Origin: the human T2T-CHM13v2.0 reference genome, Homo sapiens
Assembly: GCF_009914755.1 (NCBI RefSeq)
Contig: NC_060925.1
Direction: 5' to 3' (one strand)
DNA: 64,000 nt
Both the position numbers and the translations under genes were made by a program. Under the pieces are notes generated by a model. The model was not told the origin of the DNA. It did not search any database and saw nothing but the letters and a program-made list of their open reading frames with translations. Positions 23,330 through 36,830 of the stretch are shown piece after piece. The stretch's first letter is position 1; every line of letters begins with the position of its first letter.

Positions 23330-24630
23330 AAATAACAATGAAATCCAAATGTATTGACATATAAAGATCTCTGAGACATATTACTGAGTGTAAAAAGCAA
23401 GCTATGGTATGATATATACATTATGACATTATTAATGTTAAAAACAAACAACACTGTATCTTTCTGTACATAACTAGTGTATTGAAAAGTTTGATTTACT
23501 GGGCTAAAAATATGGAATTGATTTTTTTTTTCACTCACTGCATTTAACTGTGTTGAATCTCCCTTTTCAACCCTTTAATAGTATGCAGGGCAAATCCCAT
23601 AGCTTTCTGATCACTTTCACATGTTAAACACTCCAGTTTAGTCCTATCCATTTATCCCAGTTTAAATAATCAATCATATACCCTTTTTCCCCACTCAGTT
23701 CAGCCTGCCTCAGCTAGAGGACTTGAAGTAAGGAGAGAGGATGGTCTGCTCTTTTGATTCTTTTCCTCCTGTTCCCTCTTCTCCACCTCTCTCTCTCCAT
23801 TATACTACAGTAGAGGTGAGACTGGGGTCTCTGCCTGTGGGGTCCTCTCTTGGCTGACACTGTCTGGCTTTTGGCACTATTGACTTGGCAAACACCTTTC
23901 TTTGGGAAACATGGATGAGTTCTTTCTGAAATAGATGAAAGGCTCTGATTTGATCTTTTCTGCCTTACCCCCCTAGTGGCTCAAAACCACAGTGTCTTGC
24001 TGACAGGGTCTCCTCTTCTAGAAGCCAGCCATCCCGCTCAGGTAATAGCAAGTGCCTTCAAACTACCTTCCTCCATGTGCACTTGAGACATAGGAAACAC
24101 CCTTACTCTCCCCAAACCAAGCAATGTGTAGCTGCTTCATTTTGCTCTCCTATTAAGTGAAGATCAGCAGGTCCACTCTCTAAGCAGATGTCCAATTAGT
24201 GAATTAAGGTCCAGTCTCCCTTTCTTGAAGACACTCCCAAAATATAAAAGTATTTCTCTTGGAGCCTCCCTCATTAGGCTGAAGTACCTCCTGTGATTTC
24301 CCATGAAGACAGAAAGGAAAAACTACAACACCCCTTCCTAATACAACACATCATAACTCCACTTCCTTTCTTACACATTTTGAGAAGGGAATTATTGGGG
24401 GAAGGAGGGTCTCCTAGAGAATCCTGCAAGGAGATGCTCAGTGACTCCTCATTCATCATCCTGTTACATGCAGCTCTCTTTATTTAAAAAACGGATTGGT
24501 TGACATTGTTCTCCTCTGGGGAGGGACATGGGTTGATGAATGGTGGTAAATGGGCTTTAGCTTCTTTTTATTGTTTCAGTTTTTACAAAGAGAATGTTTT
24601 TATATATTTCATCCATTAATTCAAAATAAT
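23330..24630 (+). mobile_element. L1ME-like 3' end split by an old LTR-like insert (~23549-24468)
   Basis: 'aaagatctctgagacatattactgagtgtaaaaagcaag' and 'ttgttctcctctggggaggga...tttttacaaagagaatg' flank a ~920-bp TG...CA segment ending ctgttaca. Confidence 0.45.
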
Positions 24631-25849
24631 ATTGGCTGGCCCTTAGAGATATCATAATATCTGCTTTAATCAAGGCAACCAAAGTTGCAGTCTCAATCCT
24701 GGCCACTATATTGTACTAAGTACCATTGACTCTGCACTAATAAAGGTTTCCCAAAGTTTGATGGAGGAGTTGCCCTTTCTCCAAGAGTATAACTGGCAAC
24801 TAATTGAAGCCAAAGAACACAGCACAGACTCCCTTTACCCACGTTGCTAATGGGACACAGACTATAGGGACAAGTCAATGTTCCCTTCCATGTTCCACCT
24901 GCTATAAGTCTCTGTAATCATCTGCTAGACTCTGACTAATGAAAGCAGCTGAAACTCTGTAGGGTGGGAGGGACAGTCTGACACGAGCATACAGAGGGAG
25001 AAGGTGGTGATGTGTTGCCACGCTGAGCACCACGTGGAGTTACCACTTGTCAGGGCCTCCTAACAAGCATTTAGAAGGCTGGGAAAGGGCTTAGCCAACA
25101 AGCAAGAGGCCACGGATTATCTCCTGGTTGTTATTCTGCACATCCAGAAAAAGAGAAGGTTCCCAAGACACCTCTATTGGCAAGGAGAGGAGGTAATATA
25201 GCCAGCCTTTACCAGGGTGGCATTGGGTATGTGAAAACTCAGTTTTTGCATCTCTGCCAAGGCTTAAGAATCTCAGTGGGTATCTGGAAAGGAGAGGAGT
25301 CTACCACCTCTAGCAAGCTTCATTGATATTGGACAGAAGATTCAAAAGGGAAATAAAAAGAGAAATCTGAAGGTTTGAGATAACAGCACAAGTATGGTGA
25401 TTTTGGTTCAAGACAATTTTACCCTAAAGAGTATAGCGCTCTAAAAATAATTCCAAAATTTCCTCTATGACCTTGTCCTTTAACATTAAATCACAAGAGA
25501 ATTGTGATCTTCTTGGTTAGAAATGACAATATATGTTCTTTCATTTCTAGCTTACCATCTGGGTTTCCATTATGATGATACCTCTTTGATAAAAAAAAAC
25601 ATTGGTGCTAGAAAAGAATTTTGTGATAATCCAGTACAGCCATCTCAGATTACAGATGTTAGATTAGCTGCACAAGGGCTGACTGTGCTGTAAGAGCTGA
25701 TGCAGTGCTGGGCTCCAGCTCCCCAGAGTCCCAGATTCACCATCTTTTACCACATAATTCTGCCTCTAGTGGCACAAAGAAGTAGTTCTTAAAGATATAA
25801 TTTACTTTCATAATTATTGTTCTTCAGCATCAGTGTTGATAGTGGAGAA

Positions 25850-26060
25850 TAGTAATAGCATCTTAAACATTTACAGATCATCATAATTACTTTCAGTTGC
25901 ATAACCTCATTTGATTGCAACCACTCCGAGAAGCAAATGGCACAGCCACCACTAGGCCCATTTTACAAATGTGGCAACTGAGTTCAGAGATACTCGTTTG
26001 CCCTAAATCATGCAGAAACTGTCAGTCCTGACTCTTAGTTTAACTTTACTCCTATATCAT
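25850..26060 (-). mobile_element. MIR SINE
   Basis: 'cccattttacaaatgtggcaactgagttcagaga...ttgccctaaatcatgcag'. Confidence 0.7.
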
Positions 26061-27874
26061 CAATCACAAGTCTTTGTATTTTCCACACATTTTTAACATC
26101 ATAATTGACTACTCTACACCTGAAGTTGATGTTTTATTCATCTCCACATGGATAAACCACACATCAACCATGTGTTTATTTTTAGATGTGTCTGCAAAGA
26201 TTTTATTATGAGAATGTAGTATATTGAAATTAATAGCCAGAAGCCACACTGACTCAAAGAAGCACAATATGAGCCTGCTTTTTATTTTCATAACTTAGGT
26301 GGGATGCCTTTCGGGAAAAGTTTCAGTTTGCACAGACTCTGAGATGCAATGTTAGGAGTGTGGTAAGTGACCTATAGATGGGTGCTCTCAGCACCTCTCC
26401 TTCACCCCTCAGAGGCTTTTGCCTCTCACACTCCTTTTCCCCCCACCACATACACACAAAGGCATCCTCAGCTGGCTCTGTGAACAGTAAAATAAGTTAG
26501 CTACACTGCAGGCCTTGACACATGGCTCACTCAGCGTCTGGCACATCCGGCGTCTTACCTTCCATACACACTACTTGGCCATATTAATTTCTGTCACAGG
26601 GGGGAGATTGGTCAGTGAAATCTAAATGGGCTTTTCCTATTTATTGATACAATTTCGTGGCAAGAGCAATTTTCAGAGCTTATTTTCCACTCCATTGAAT
26701 CCCATGTTACTGCAAATGAATATATTCCTCGGTCAGTGCAATGGCAAAACACAGTTGTAAGTGCTTTATGCTTCATTTGGATAAAGAGTTCAGGACATTA
26801 CCAAATATAAAAGGAAGTTAAGGGCCATATTTCATTAGAAACCTGTCTCCCCTGTTAATAAAACCTGATGCCGGTGGTAGATGTGTAAAAACACAGAGCA
26901 GGGACTGGCAGCTTTGGCTGGTATTCAGTAAGGCAGCCCAGTAGTTCCAGGCACCACCTGAGGAGTACACCATTTCTCTAGTCCAACCAATATCAACACA
27001 CCAGTCCAGGGATCAGAAAGAAACTGAATTGTGGGATGTGAATTGGATATTTCATAGAAAATTGAAAATCCTACCCTCAGGCCAAGGTATGCTCTCCTTG
27101 GCTTTGCCGCCATTAAAGGAAAGTTCATGCTAGCATCACTAAGTGTAGAAGGCACCAAGTCAGCCTGTTGTAGGCGGATGTGTTGTGGCTTTTTAAAAAT
27201 TACCTAGTGGATGGGCTTCCTGTATTGTATCTGTTTACTGAGTATAGGAAAATGTAGCCCCATCTCATTTCTCAGAGGAGAAAATGTAGGAACAGCCACA
27301 GGCAAAATTGGGGGACTTAGACTTTTATAACAACTAGGCCACTCTCAAATTACAATGTCAACAACAAAGAATGAAGAGAGCATCTGAACTCAAAATCTAG
27401 TCTTTTCTATAACCTCCGATCCACATCACAATACTCTCCACCATATTATAATTAGTTCACACTGAAGATGATAGATGATCTCATTTAACCACCAACCCTT
27501 GAGAAACAATATGAGTTATTGGCTTTTCCTGGTGGTACTAAGAACACTTCTCAAATCCAAGGTATAAATATTCCCTTTTATTCGTTACCTAACAGGTGGA
27601 TCATATCCCATACCCCACCTGCATTGAACTCCCCTGAAACTTCCGAGTCTGAGGCAAGAGTTCTGTCACTGACCTAATTCCTTCTCCTCATTTTATTGTT
27701 AGGCAGATTTGCAAACCCTGCCCTATCTTTGACCTCCACATTTCTGTTTCCTATCTTAGAGACAATTTCCATTTCTAATACTAAAGCTACTACATTTCAG
27801 CAAACTCATTTTTGTGTCACAAAAGAAGGTATGAGATCTCCTCAGAGAAGAAAATCTGAGGAAGAAAATCCTGA

Positions 27875-27990
27875 GATTTTCCTCATCTACAAAATAGGTA
27901 TAATAATACCCATCTTATAAAGTTGTTGTAAGAATAACGTGATTTAAGATGCCTGGTACTTAATAGGGACTCATCAAACATTATCCCTGT
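27875..27990 (+). mobile_element. MIR fragment
   Basis: 'tttcctcatctacaaaataggtataataatacccatcttataaagttgttgtaagaat'. Confidence 0.7.
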
Positions 27991-28699
27991 TTTAAAATTT
28001 CTCCTAGAATTTCTACCTGGTCTTTGATTACTGCTGAAGCATAGTTACTCATACTAACTGAGTTGCTCATACTAACTGTCTGACATCCTTTCTTACCAAA
28101 GTCACAATTCACCAGGGGGAAAAAGAAAAGCCAGAGTTAACACTTTGGGCTCCAGGATTTAGTGAATTTTCTTCAAAGTGCTGTTGCTTGGAACTATTCA
28201 CATCAAAGCCAGCTTGTAGCTAGTTCTCATCCAGATTTGGATTCAACACCTACTTTCTGGAAAATTTATATCCTTATGTAAGTGAAATAGTTTGTCGTTA
28301 TGTTTTCCCTTGAGTTTTAGTAAAAGACATTTAAAAAGAAGTCCAAAACCATTTTGTCTGAACTAAAAGAGAATAAAAAGTTTTCTGCCACATTTGTTTA
28401 ATTATAACTTGATCAACACTGGCAAGACTTTCCTCACAGAGTTATCTCAGAGGAGTTAACGCATTTCAAGCATAGTGCTCAGTATTTGTTTCCTTGTTTC
28501 TTGTCCCAATTAATCTCCATATGACTTTCTACCTTTCTTCCTTAACTTAGCGCCTATATTTTCTCATTTGGTTGGGCTAAATACAAACAAGATCCTCAAG
28601 GAAGAACTCTGGATATCATTTGGTGGTCTTCAAGAAGACCTGTCTTTGGTTTTTAAGTATTTTTTTCTGTGTTCATGAATTTCTTATTACATTGTTTTA

Positions 28700-29165
28700 A
28701 AGTAGACATTTATTGAGTGCTCACCATCTACCAGGAACTGAGCTATGTGCTGAACACTCAAAGTCCTTGACTTGAAGGTTCTGTGGGGAGAACAAGATGT
28801 AAGAGAGAACTTGAATGCTATTCATTAAGTGTGCTAGGACAGTAAAATGATTCTTTGAAGTAGGCATATGGAGAGCTCTGTTTTTCAGGTTTTTCAATCA
28901 TCAACCGTCTTATGTGGTGAATCCAATATTGTCCTGAAGGACTGCAGTGTGGTGGAGAGCCTAATGAGAAAAGGGCATTCACTTGAGTGTCATGAAGGAG
29001 ATGTCTCATGATGGTGGGATAGGGCTTGGACCATGATGGGACTGTGAAAATCAGGATAGGAGCAGTAGGGGTGGAGATGTATGGATTTCCCCTCTGCAGA
29101 GGTGAGCAAGATCACAGAAGTGCCACAGACTAAATGCCAGAATACTTTTCGAGTGCCTGGAACTT
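28700..29165 (-). mobile_element. L2 3' fragment
   Basis: 'catttattgagtgctcaccatctaccaggaactgagctatgtgctg'. Confidence 0.65.
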
Positions 29166-29529
29166 AGACCACTTTTAGGTTAAGGAACCAGAGGAAAAAA
29201 TCCTAAGCTGACTGAATATCCAAAAAAAAAAAAAAAAATTAGGGGTAAAATGGTAGAAGTGACTGTGTTAACCTTAAAGAGGTAATATTAAAATTTTTCC
29301 CATTGGTGGAATTTGAGATTTAGGAATTAAGGTAAATTCAGATATAAGGAAGTAAAGAAAGCTCCATTTGCACAGAAGAGTCTGTAATTATGAAAGTCAT
29401 GCCATCCCACATAATCATAGTGTTCTTCTACTATGTGAGACTGTGAGCTCCTTGAAAGAAAGATTTTGTTCATCTTTGAAAAAAGGTCTTGTTCATCTTT
29501 TGAAGAGTGGGTGGAGGATAGGTTTTGGG

Positions 29530-29710
29530 AATAAGCTAGCTTGACTTTTAGCTCTGCCATTTATTGGCAATAAATTTTTGAAGTTTCCATTTGTTTTCTC
29601 ATCTGCAAACTGTAGGTCATGTAAGCTACCATTTCTTAAGGGTTTTTCTGAAGACTTCATTAAATAATGTGTGGAAAGTATCTAGCACTCAGATATTCAA
29701 TTAATGTTTT
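29530..29710 (+). mobile_element. MIR SINE
   Basis: 'gctctgccatttattgg...gttttctcatctgcaaactgtagg...aatgtgtggaaagtatctagcac'. Confidence 0.6.
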
Positions 29711-29899
29711 CTTTTTTCCTGTATCTTCTCTTTCCCCAGCACAAAGCAAAGAATATGGGATGTGTTTTTTCTTGCCATCCCCCTACCTATAGTAATCTCT
29801 CCACTTGTCATACACAGCACGATCCTGGGATAGCACCTTCTTCCTTTCCCCCAGAACATTTTCTGGAGAATTTTAATTATATTCAATTATACAAAGTTG

Positions 29900-30080
29900 T
29901 TAATGTTATTACCCATATGTTGCAGATTGAAAAACTAAGGCATAGAATGGTTGAGTAACTTCCTCAAACGTGTAGCTAGTAAGATGATGAAATCAAGGTA
30001 TTTCTGACTCCAGAAATAACTACTTTTCTCTCTTGATTCTAGGTCCATCCAATTCCAAGCTCATACTTCTTCCACTGTAC
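29900..30080 (-). mobile_element. MIR SINE
   Basis: 'ttgcagattgaaaaactaaggcatagaatggttgagtaacttcctcaa'. Confidence 0.65.
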
Positions 30081-30555
30081 CACACATCTCCCTTCCACAG
30101 ACTACAGTTTTTCTTCTTGTAAAGTCTTCATTTTGTTTTAGGTAGCTTGGATGAGGTAAAACTGCAAGCTCCCAATGAAGCACTTCATTATTTTGAGCTC
30201 CACAAAGCACATCTGCATGTAGCCGCCTTTTCAAATTTCTGCTAAATCACCAGTAAGCTTATAGTGGCTTATATGGTCTCGAGTTCCAAAGGACTATGGA
30301 ACTGCATGTGAAGATCTTGAGCCATGAAGACAGATGGGACAGTGAAATTAACCTAACCAGTGACATGCAGTTTCCTTAGACTTCTATTTTCTCCGTGAGT
30401 GAAGCACCAACTCAGGTGCCATGGTGTGACAGGGCTTGGCAGAACAACTCAAGGAGAGAAAAGAATCCAAAGGCAACTTCCTTCTCAAACAAAAATTTCC
30501 TTGGATCCTCTCTTTCATAAAATAATAATAGTTACCAGTGTTTCCTTCTATACCT

Positions 30556-30556
<1 letters not shown>

Positions 30557-30588
<32 letters not shown>

Positions 30589-30862
30589 TTTGACAGTATC
30601 TTGCTCAGTCACCCAGGCTGGAGTGCAGTGGCCCAATCTCTGCTCACTGCAACCTCTACCTACTGGGTTCAAACAATTCTCTCTGCCTCAGCCTTCCAAG
30701 TAGCTGAGATTACAGGTGCCTGCCACCAGCTGGGCTAATTTTTGTACTTTTAGTAGAGATGGGGTTTCGCCATGTTGGTCTCGAACTCCTGATCTCAGGT
30801 CATCTGCTCACATCAGCCTCCCAAAGTGCTGGGATTACAGGCATGAGCCACTATGCCCAGCC
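30557..30862 (-). mobile_element. Alu (AluS-like) with ~30-nt poly(A) tail and a small internal deletion
   Basis: Antisense Alu consensus; lacks 'ccaggctgg' near 30778. Confidence 0.95.
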
Positions 30863-31139
30863 TGTACCTTCTTGAATACCAAAATGAGGATGTCTTGTCC
30901 ACCAAGGCTGATCTTTTCAGCACAATGCATGCTCTGGGAGAGCAGGGTCCATTCTCTGAGGTATCCCAAGTGCCTAGCATGGGGCCTGGCGCACTTAGGT
31001 TCTCAATTAACACTTATTGGATTCATAATTTTTATTTCCCTTCTTGTTCTGAAAAAATCTGATTAAAAAACATGACATTAGCTCCCAGCTGACTCAGTTT
31101 GGCTGGGAAGGGGAAGAGGAGTGACATATATTACCATTA

Positions 31140-31680
31140 CTCTGTATCAGCCACAGTGTTTCTTATGTATGGTGTTATTGAATCCTCATAATAACTCCAT
31201 CAGGTGGATATTACTACTTCATTTTACAGATAAGAAACTGGATCTTAGAGAGGTAAGATAATGATCCCAAAGTAGCACAGCTAGAGGTAATTCCTAAATC
31301 AATGACTTTTCCATTGCACTATGTAGCAGTTTTCATGAAGGCCAAGAAATTGATAAATTTTTATGGTTTGGTCCCTCTTCAACATTACTAGTAGATAGGG
31401 AGTTTAATCAAATTATCATTAATAGTAAGTTTAACATTTCTGAGCACTTATTATGTGCCAGGCATTATTCTAATCCTTAATGTGTATTAATATACGTAAT
31501 TATTTCAACATCTCTATAAGGTTAGTGGTATTACTGTTCCAATTTTATGGACAATGGGTGAGAAATTTGTTCACAAACAACATGTCCAAAGTCATATATC
31601 TAATAGGCGATGGCCCCACCTTTCATATCCAGGCAGTCTTGTTTCAGTGCCCGAGCTCTTACCCACTTTGCTACTCTTTC
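31140..31680 (-). mobile_element. Two tandem MIR SINEs (31140-31325 and 31420-31680)
   Basis: 'cattttacagataagaaactggatcttagagaggtaag' and 'catttctgagcacttattatgtgccaggcattattctaa'. Confidence 0.8.
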
Positions 31681-33443
31681 TCTTCAAAATCCACCTCTAT
31701 TAGAAGTCTACTAGGATAGCTCTTGGCTACCAAAAGTCCCTACCACCAGGGAGAAGGATATTCCCAGAGCAATTCATCACATCCTAGACATTCATCTCCA
31801 GCAAAGTAGCCGTGGAAAATTCTCAGTCAGTTTGGACTGTGTACATTCTGGCCCTTTCATATACACAGACTAATTGGTGACATGGCTATGCTTTTTGTCT
31901 TCTCAGAATAATCACAATTTGGAATGTTACTACATTTCAGGTGGTGAACTAGTTGGGTTTTGCTTTGTTTTGTTTTGTTTTTTAAGGAAGATTTGCAGTC
32001 ATTGATTGCAGGCAAGTTCTATCACCTCACTGATGATAATTCTGCCCAAAGTCACTAGATGCTCATATTTAAAGAGACCTCAGAGAGTCAATGACACAGT
32101 CAGCTCAGTGGCACATGACACTGTAAAGTGGTTTAGGATGTGAATCAGACAGAATAGCTAACATTCTAGAAGCATAATGCACAGGAGGCATAATCTTCTG
32201 AGGAAATAAGACCAGAGCCAGGTGTACATGAACCAATCAAAGTGCAGAAGCATCACCCTTCAATTTCTTCATAGACCTACCACCACACAAACCTTAGCTG
32301 TACCCTGCCCTTGAAGCTAAGAATGAGAGTAAATCTTAAATAGGAGAATGAAATTTAATTTTTCTGGTGGCCTGTCATGTGAAACAATGAATACTACAAC
32401 TTTTAAATATCTTACTGTAATTGGCTAATCATATGATAAACAGTGTTTTTCACTGAATTCTCAAAAGTGATCTCAAGGCTTAACCAAATTATGCTGAGAT
32501 GTGTCCAAAAAAAATTTTTACCCCCATCCACAGTAACTGCTTTTTGAAATGAAGAGCACTGACCAGCAGATGAAACCTCTGCAATTAACCTGAAATAGAA
32601 GGCTATCCTAGAATGTAACAGGCAATTAATTCCTTTTAACCCATTCCTATTCCTGGGTCAGGCAAAACAGGGTCTATAACAAAGGGCTTCTTCTTCATGC
32701 CTGGCAAAGCTGGGACAAAGCACAGGTATCCTCTGCCACTAAAGGTTTATTCTCCCTGGTCCATGGAGAGGACTCGCACTTTTGTCATTTTCCTTTTGCC
32801 TTTTCCCTCCCCTCAGCCACCACTACTCCCTCTACCACCAACCCAAGGCAATGTACTAAGATAACTACATTCTAAGATGACAATGAAGACCTCAAGGGCT
32901 CCCAAAGACCGTCTTAATTCCAGGCAGCTTCAGGGTTGTAGTTAAGTGAACCACAGCCTCACAAAAACTGAGAATAGCTACTCAGAAACTTTAGAAATAT
33001 TACTCCTGATGTGTAAGCCTACAAACCCAGCCATATCCTCTTTTCTAGCATCCACAAATCATATTGATTTGAACATTGAAAAGACAGCATTTCTGTGTCT
33101 AAGTAACCATGTGACTTCAGACAAGTCTTTTACTTCTCTGGGTCTCCATTTTTTTTCATCTCTAATGGGAAGATATTGGATTCTTAAACTACATAGATGA
33201 GGTTGGACTTCACTTCCTCAAAATACTACACTATGGTTTTAAGACAAGCATATTTTTTCATTTTGTTGATTCATAAATTAATACATTTTCATACAATTTG
33301 AGAGCCCAAAGACATTTTATTTTTAGCAAAAACATGTCTATATATCCCAAAGTGTCTCAGCAAGTAAGGATTATATTCCTGGGTGGCAGACCTGGTTAAG
33401 TCTAGATTTTGTGTTTCTCTACTCTGAGATAACTGAGATTCTA

Positions 33444-33507
33444 TAATTGCGGTTCTCACCATTTAAAAGTTATGGCAAAAACCACAATTACTTTTGCACT
33501 AACCTAA
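33444..33507. mobile_element. MADE1 (Hsmar1-derived MITE), left terminus truncated
   Basis: 'taattgcggttctcaccatttaaaagttatggcaaaaaccacaattacttttgcactaacctaa' matches MADE1. Confidence 0.85.
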
Positions 33508-34389
33508 TAATATATTTCAAAAAGGAAGCAGTTTGGAAGGATGTGTGGAGGAGGTATTATTGGTTCAGATGTCCTGGAAGCAAGCTTATAGTTGTCAGTG
33601 GCCGCTGTGGATCAGCAGGTGACCTATATTTATAATTTATTATTTACTGCTGATGTCCGTCCAACCTGTTGGAAGCAAATGCATGCAGTTCCTATCCCGA
33701 GGAGCAGATCAAGGACAGTGATAAGTAATATTGACTTATGTCAGTGTCATCAGTTCTAACTAAAACATAAGCACTGGGTCAATTTAACAAGCACATCGAC
33801 CAGCACTACACAATATCTGCACAGAGGAACTCAATGCTATTGAGAGAAATTAGAGATTTTTCCTGAAACTTTGCTGAGCTTTACAAGAGACAGTTTATGG
33901 GCAAAGGAGAGATTTGCTGAATGTACAAGATATATGCTACATTGAATATAGAGTTTTTTTTTTCTTACCAGGTAACCAAGGTTGCTTACATAAGTTTGGA
34001 AAAATTAGAGCGTTCATTGAGTTAGTATGAAGAATTATGAAAGTAGTTGAACCCAGGAAGACCATAAATACAGCCACTGCTATTCTGAAGTCTAGACTAT
34101 ATCACCACAGTGGTCCCTAGTGTGCTATTTGGCATTCCTTTTAATTTGCCTCCAGTTGTAATAAGATAACCACAGTTTATAATACAGTAAATGTATAATT
34201 AAATGCAGATGATATGCTATTCCTGGCAGTACAATTCAAGACTCTGGGTTGACACTATCAAACACCATGACTACTTTGAACACAGGGTTGCTCTAAGAAA
34301 TGAAATACATAGTAAACTGGGTCACTTTTAAAAGTCCATGCTGTTAAATTTGGTGTTGATTGGGAAATTTGGCCATTTCAGGCACCTTT

Positions 34390-34630
34390 TATTCACTCAC
34401 TCATTTAACAAATATTTGTTGGATGACTACTCTGTGTCAGGGACCATGCTAAGCCCTGAGTATATAACAATATATGCCCATATGCATCTTATATTCTACT
34501 GGGTAGATGGACAGTAAATAGACATAAATAAACAAAAGGTATATAATAGGATAAATTCGATGCAGGAAACAAGAAAGGAGGTGTTATAACAATAATGGGA
34601 GAAAGGCAACGTTTCTGGAAGGTCAATTTT
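34390..34630 (-). mobile_element. L2 3' fragment
   Basis: 'tcactcatttaacaaatatttgttggatgactactctgtgtcagggaccatgctaag'. Confidence 0.75.
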
Positions 34631-34807
34631 ACCATTAGAGTGGGTGAAGTGCACCAGGCCTATGCTGCTGAAACAAATTGGATGGTTAAGGAAATGATCT
34701 AAGGAAACTGGTGCAACATCATTGGCACCCTTGTCTGAACCATCAGGGACCTAATGCAGGTGGACACTAGTCCTGGCTGTCACAAGGCTGGGGGTAAGGC
34801 CTGGAAT

Positions 34808-34895
34808 ATTGTCAACTTTTATCTCCAAACCTGGTTGGGAGGATGTGGGGTAGATATTATTTTACTAAACTTTTAGACAGAAACAATAGAGAAAA
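34808..34895 (+). repeat. ~88-bp diverged direct repeat of 35659-35748
   Basis: Shared 'ctggttggNaggatgtggggtagatattNttttactaaacttNtagacagaaNcaataNagaaaa'. Confidence 0.9.
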
Positions 34896-34904
34896 GGGCA
34901 TCAT

Positions 34905-35120
34905 TTTCCTAGGGCTGTGGATCAAAAACACTTGGATTCAATTCTTGGCTCTCTCAATTATTAACTGTGTGATTTTGGGCAAGCCATCTGCCCCAATTAT
35001 TTTTTTTATATACAAAGTGGTATAATACCTGTTCTATCTATATCTATCATGGTGCTAATGAGGAGCAAATAAATATGAAATTATAAAGTACTATACAAAT
35101 GTTAGCTGTGCGATTATTAG
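34905..35120 (+). mobile_element. MIR SINE
   Basis: 'cttggattcaattcttggctctctcaattattaactgtgtgattttgggcaag'. Confidence 0.7.
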
Positions 35121-36052
35121 AGAAGCTCTAGGAATTTCACATCCTTTCTCATACCATCAAGATGCCAGCCATGGAGATTTTACCTCATTCTTTTCCTTCT
35201 GGCTTCCTAAATAAAATGCCAAGAATGAAAACTTTGCCTCCTGGCAAACTATGACCTCTGACATATATTGTGTACAAACTTCAGTCTGCAAGCGAGAGAG
35301 GTATCTTAAGTGCTCTGCACATCAGGAGTTGGAAACATGTTTATTAGTCCGTAGTTTGAGGTCTTGGTGGTGACTTCCTTTCGGCGCTCAAGTTACATAA
35401 GGAAATTATCAGTAAATAGATAGATTGCCTCATTATGCAAAGTGAAATACAATCTGCCATAGAAAGGAGAATCATGCCGAGAAGCTTGCTGAACAGTCTC
35501 TGCCTCCAATTAAGCTCCGATTGCAGAACTGTACTTTAGTTGAAAATTCATTCTCCAGAATGGGTTAGATTTCAGGGGACATGGTGAACATGACAATAAT
35601 AATGATATTGTGCTACTTTCTACAATTTTTCCCCAGGAGTTCAGAGTACCATCCCCACATTGTCTTGGCTTTTATCCTCTAATCTGGTTGGTAGGATGTG
35701 GGGTAGATATTCTTTTACTAAACTTCTAGACAGAACCAATACAGAAAACAATCCTGAAGGTTTTGCCTGGGAAGCAAGTTAAGAATTGAAGCCAGGTTAC
35801 AAGTGTTTCCTCGCCAGTCTTGTTGGTTGGCATCATTTAAGCACTGACGGGTATTTGGTGTTGTACTAAGAGTTATAAATAACAGAGACACTGCCTCAGT
35901 CTCTTAGACAACAAAGATGTTGGTGGGGAAAAAAAAGCACCTGATTAACATTGAACAAATGCACACATTAGCAAAATCCTGAGGCATCGCTAAGTATTAC
36001 CATTATGCCTTAGCACCTCCTGCTCCTTAAAGAACACCAACAATAGACCAAT

Positions 36053-36247
36053 ACTGTATTTTGTGAGATTGAAAGTGAAGGTGAAGACACACCTTTATCT
36101 TTCCTTACCACTAAGAGAGAAAACATGTTGCCAATTAAATTTTGATACATTGCTTTCTTAACTTGATTATAAGACATATCTTCATTTTAGAGATGTTAAA
36201 ATATGTGGGAGGGGAATAATGTGTTTTGAAATCATTTAAATGTAGTG
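36053..36247. mobile_element. TcMar-type DNA transposon MITE (MER104/Kanga-like)
   Basis: 'cattttagagatgttaaaatatgtg...tgtgttttgaaatcatttaaatgtag' with a degenerate inverted terminus 'ctgtatttt'. Confidence 0.4.
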
Positions 36248-36489
36248 TATTGAATGACAGATGTGTTGGTTTTAGCACACCCCCTAAAAGACACACCAGA
36301 CATAGAGAAATCTCAGGAAAATGTGTAGCCAATCTGATAACAAATTTTGATGGTCTTCTCTATAAGGAAAAACAAAGAATCTTCAGAAAAACAGAGGCTC
36401 GAGGAAGGATATAAAAGAAGCCTGCTAAGTCAAGCAGTGTACAGGTAGAGGGCACACGACAGAGGGACTTACTCACTAAATCCTGGAAA

Positions 36490-36830
36490 CTCAGAATTAC
36501 TGGGAGTTCCTATAAGCTTAGAGGAAGAAATTTCAGAAAACACAAAAGGATGTGTTATTTCACACAGCAGGCAGTCCACATAAGGAACTCATTACTCCAA
36601 GAGCTAGCGCAAACTTAAAAAAGATAATTTGGTTCAAAAAGGGTTTTAGATAAATTCATGGATGATAGAACCATAATGGAGTCCATCCTCTATACACTTA
36701 AATACTCTTATTAAGTTATCACTTCAGCTTTTTCCTTCTGTGCTAAATAATAGTGCTTCTTCTAGCTTTTCCTAATAGTCCTCATTTTCCAATCCTTCAA
36801 TTTTATCTGTCCTCCTTTAAATCAGTCATC
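36490..36830. mobile_element. CR1/L3-type LINE remnants (sense 36490-36680, antisense ~36710-36830)
   Basis: 'ttatttcacacagcaggcagtccacataaggaactcattactccaagag...ttcaaaaagggttttagataaattcatggatga' resembles the CR1 RT C-terminus/3' end. Confidence 0.55.

Noticed and set aside
34200-34235. NADDMLFLA, resembling an RT YADD motif (L4/RTE-like)
   Set aside because: Too short and degenerate, with no flanking RT motifs recognised.
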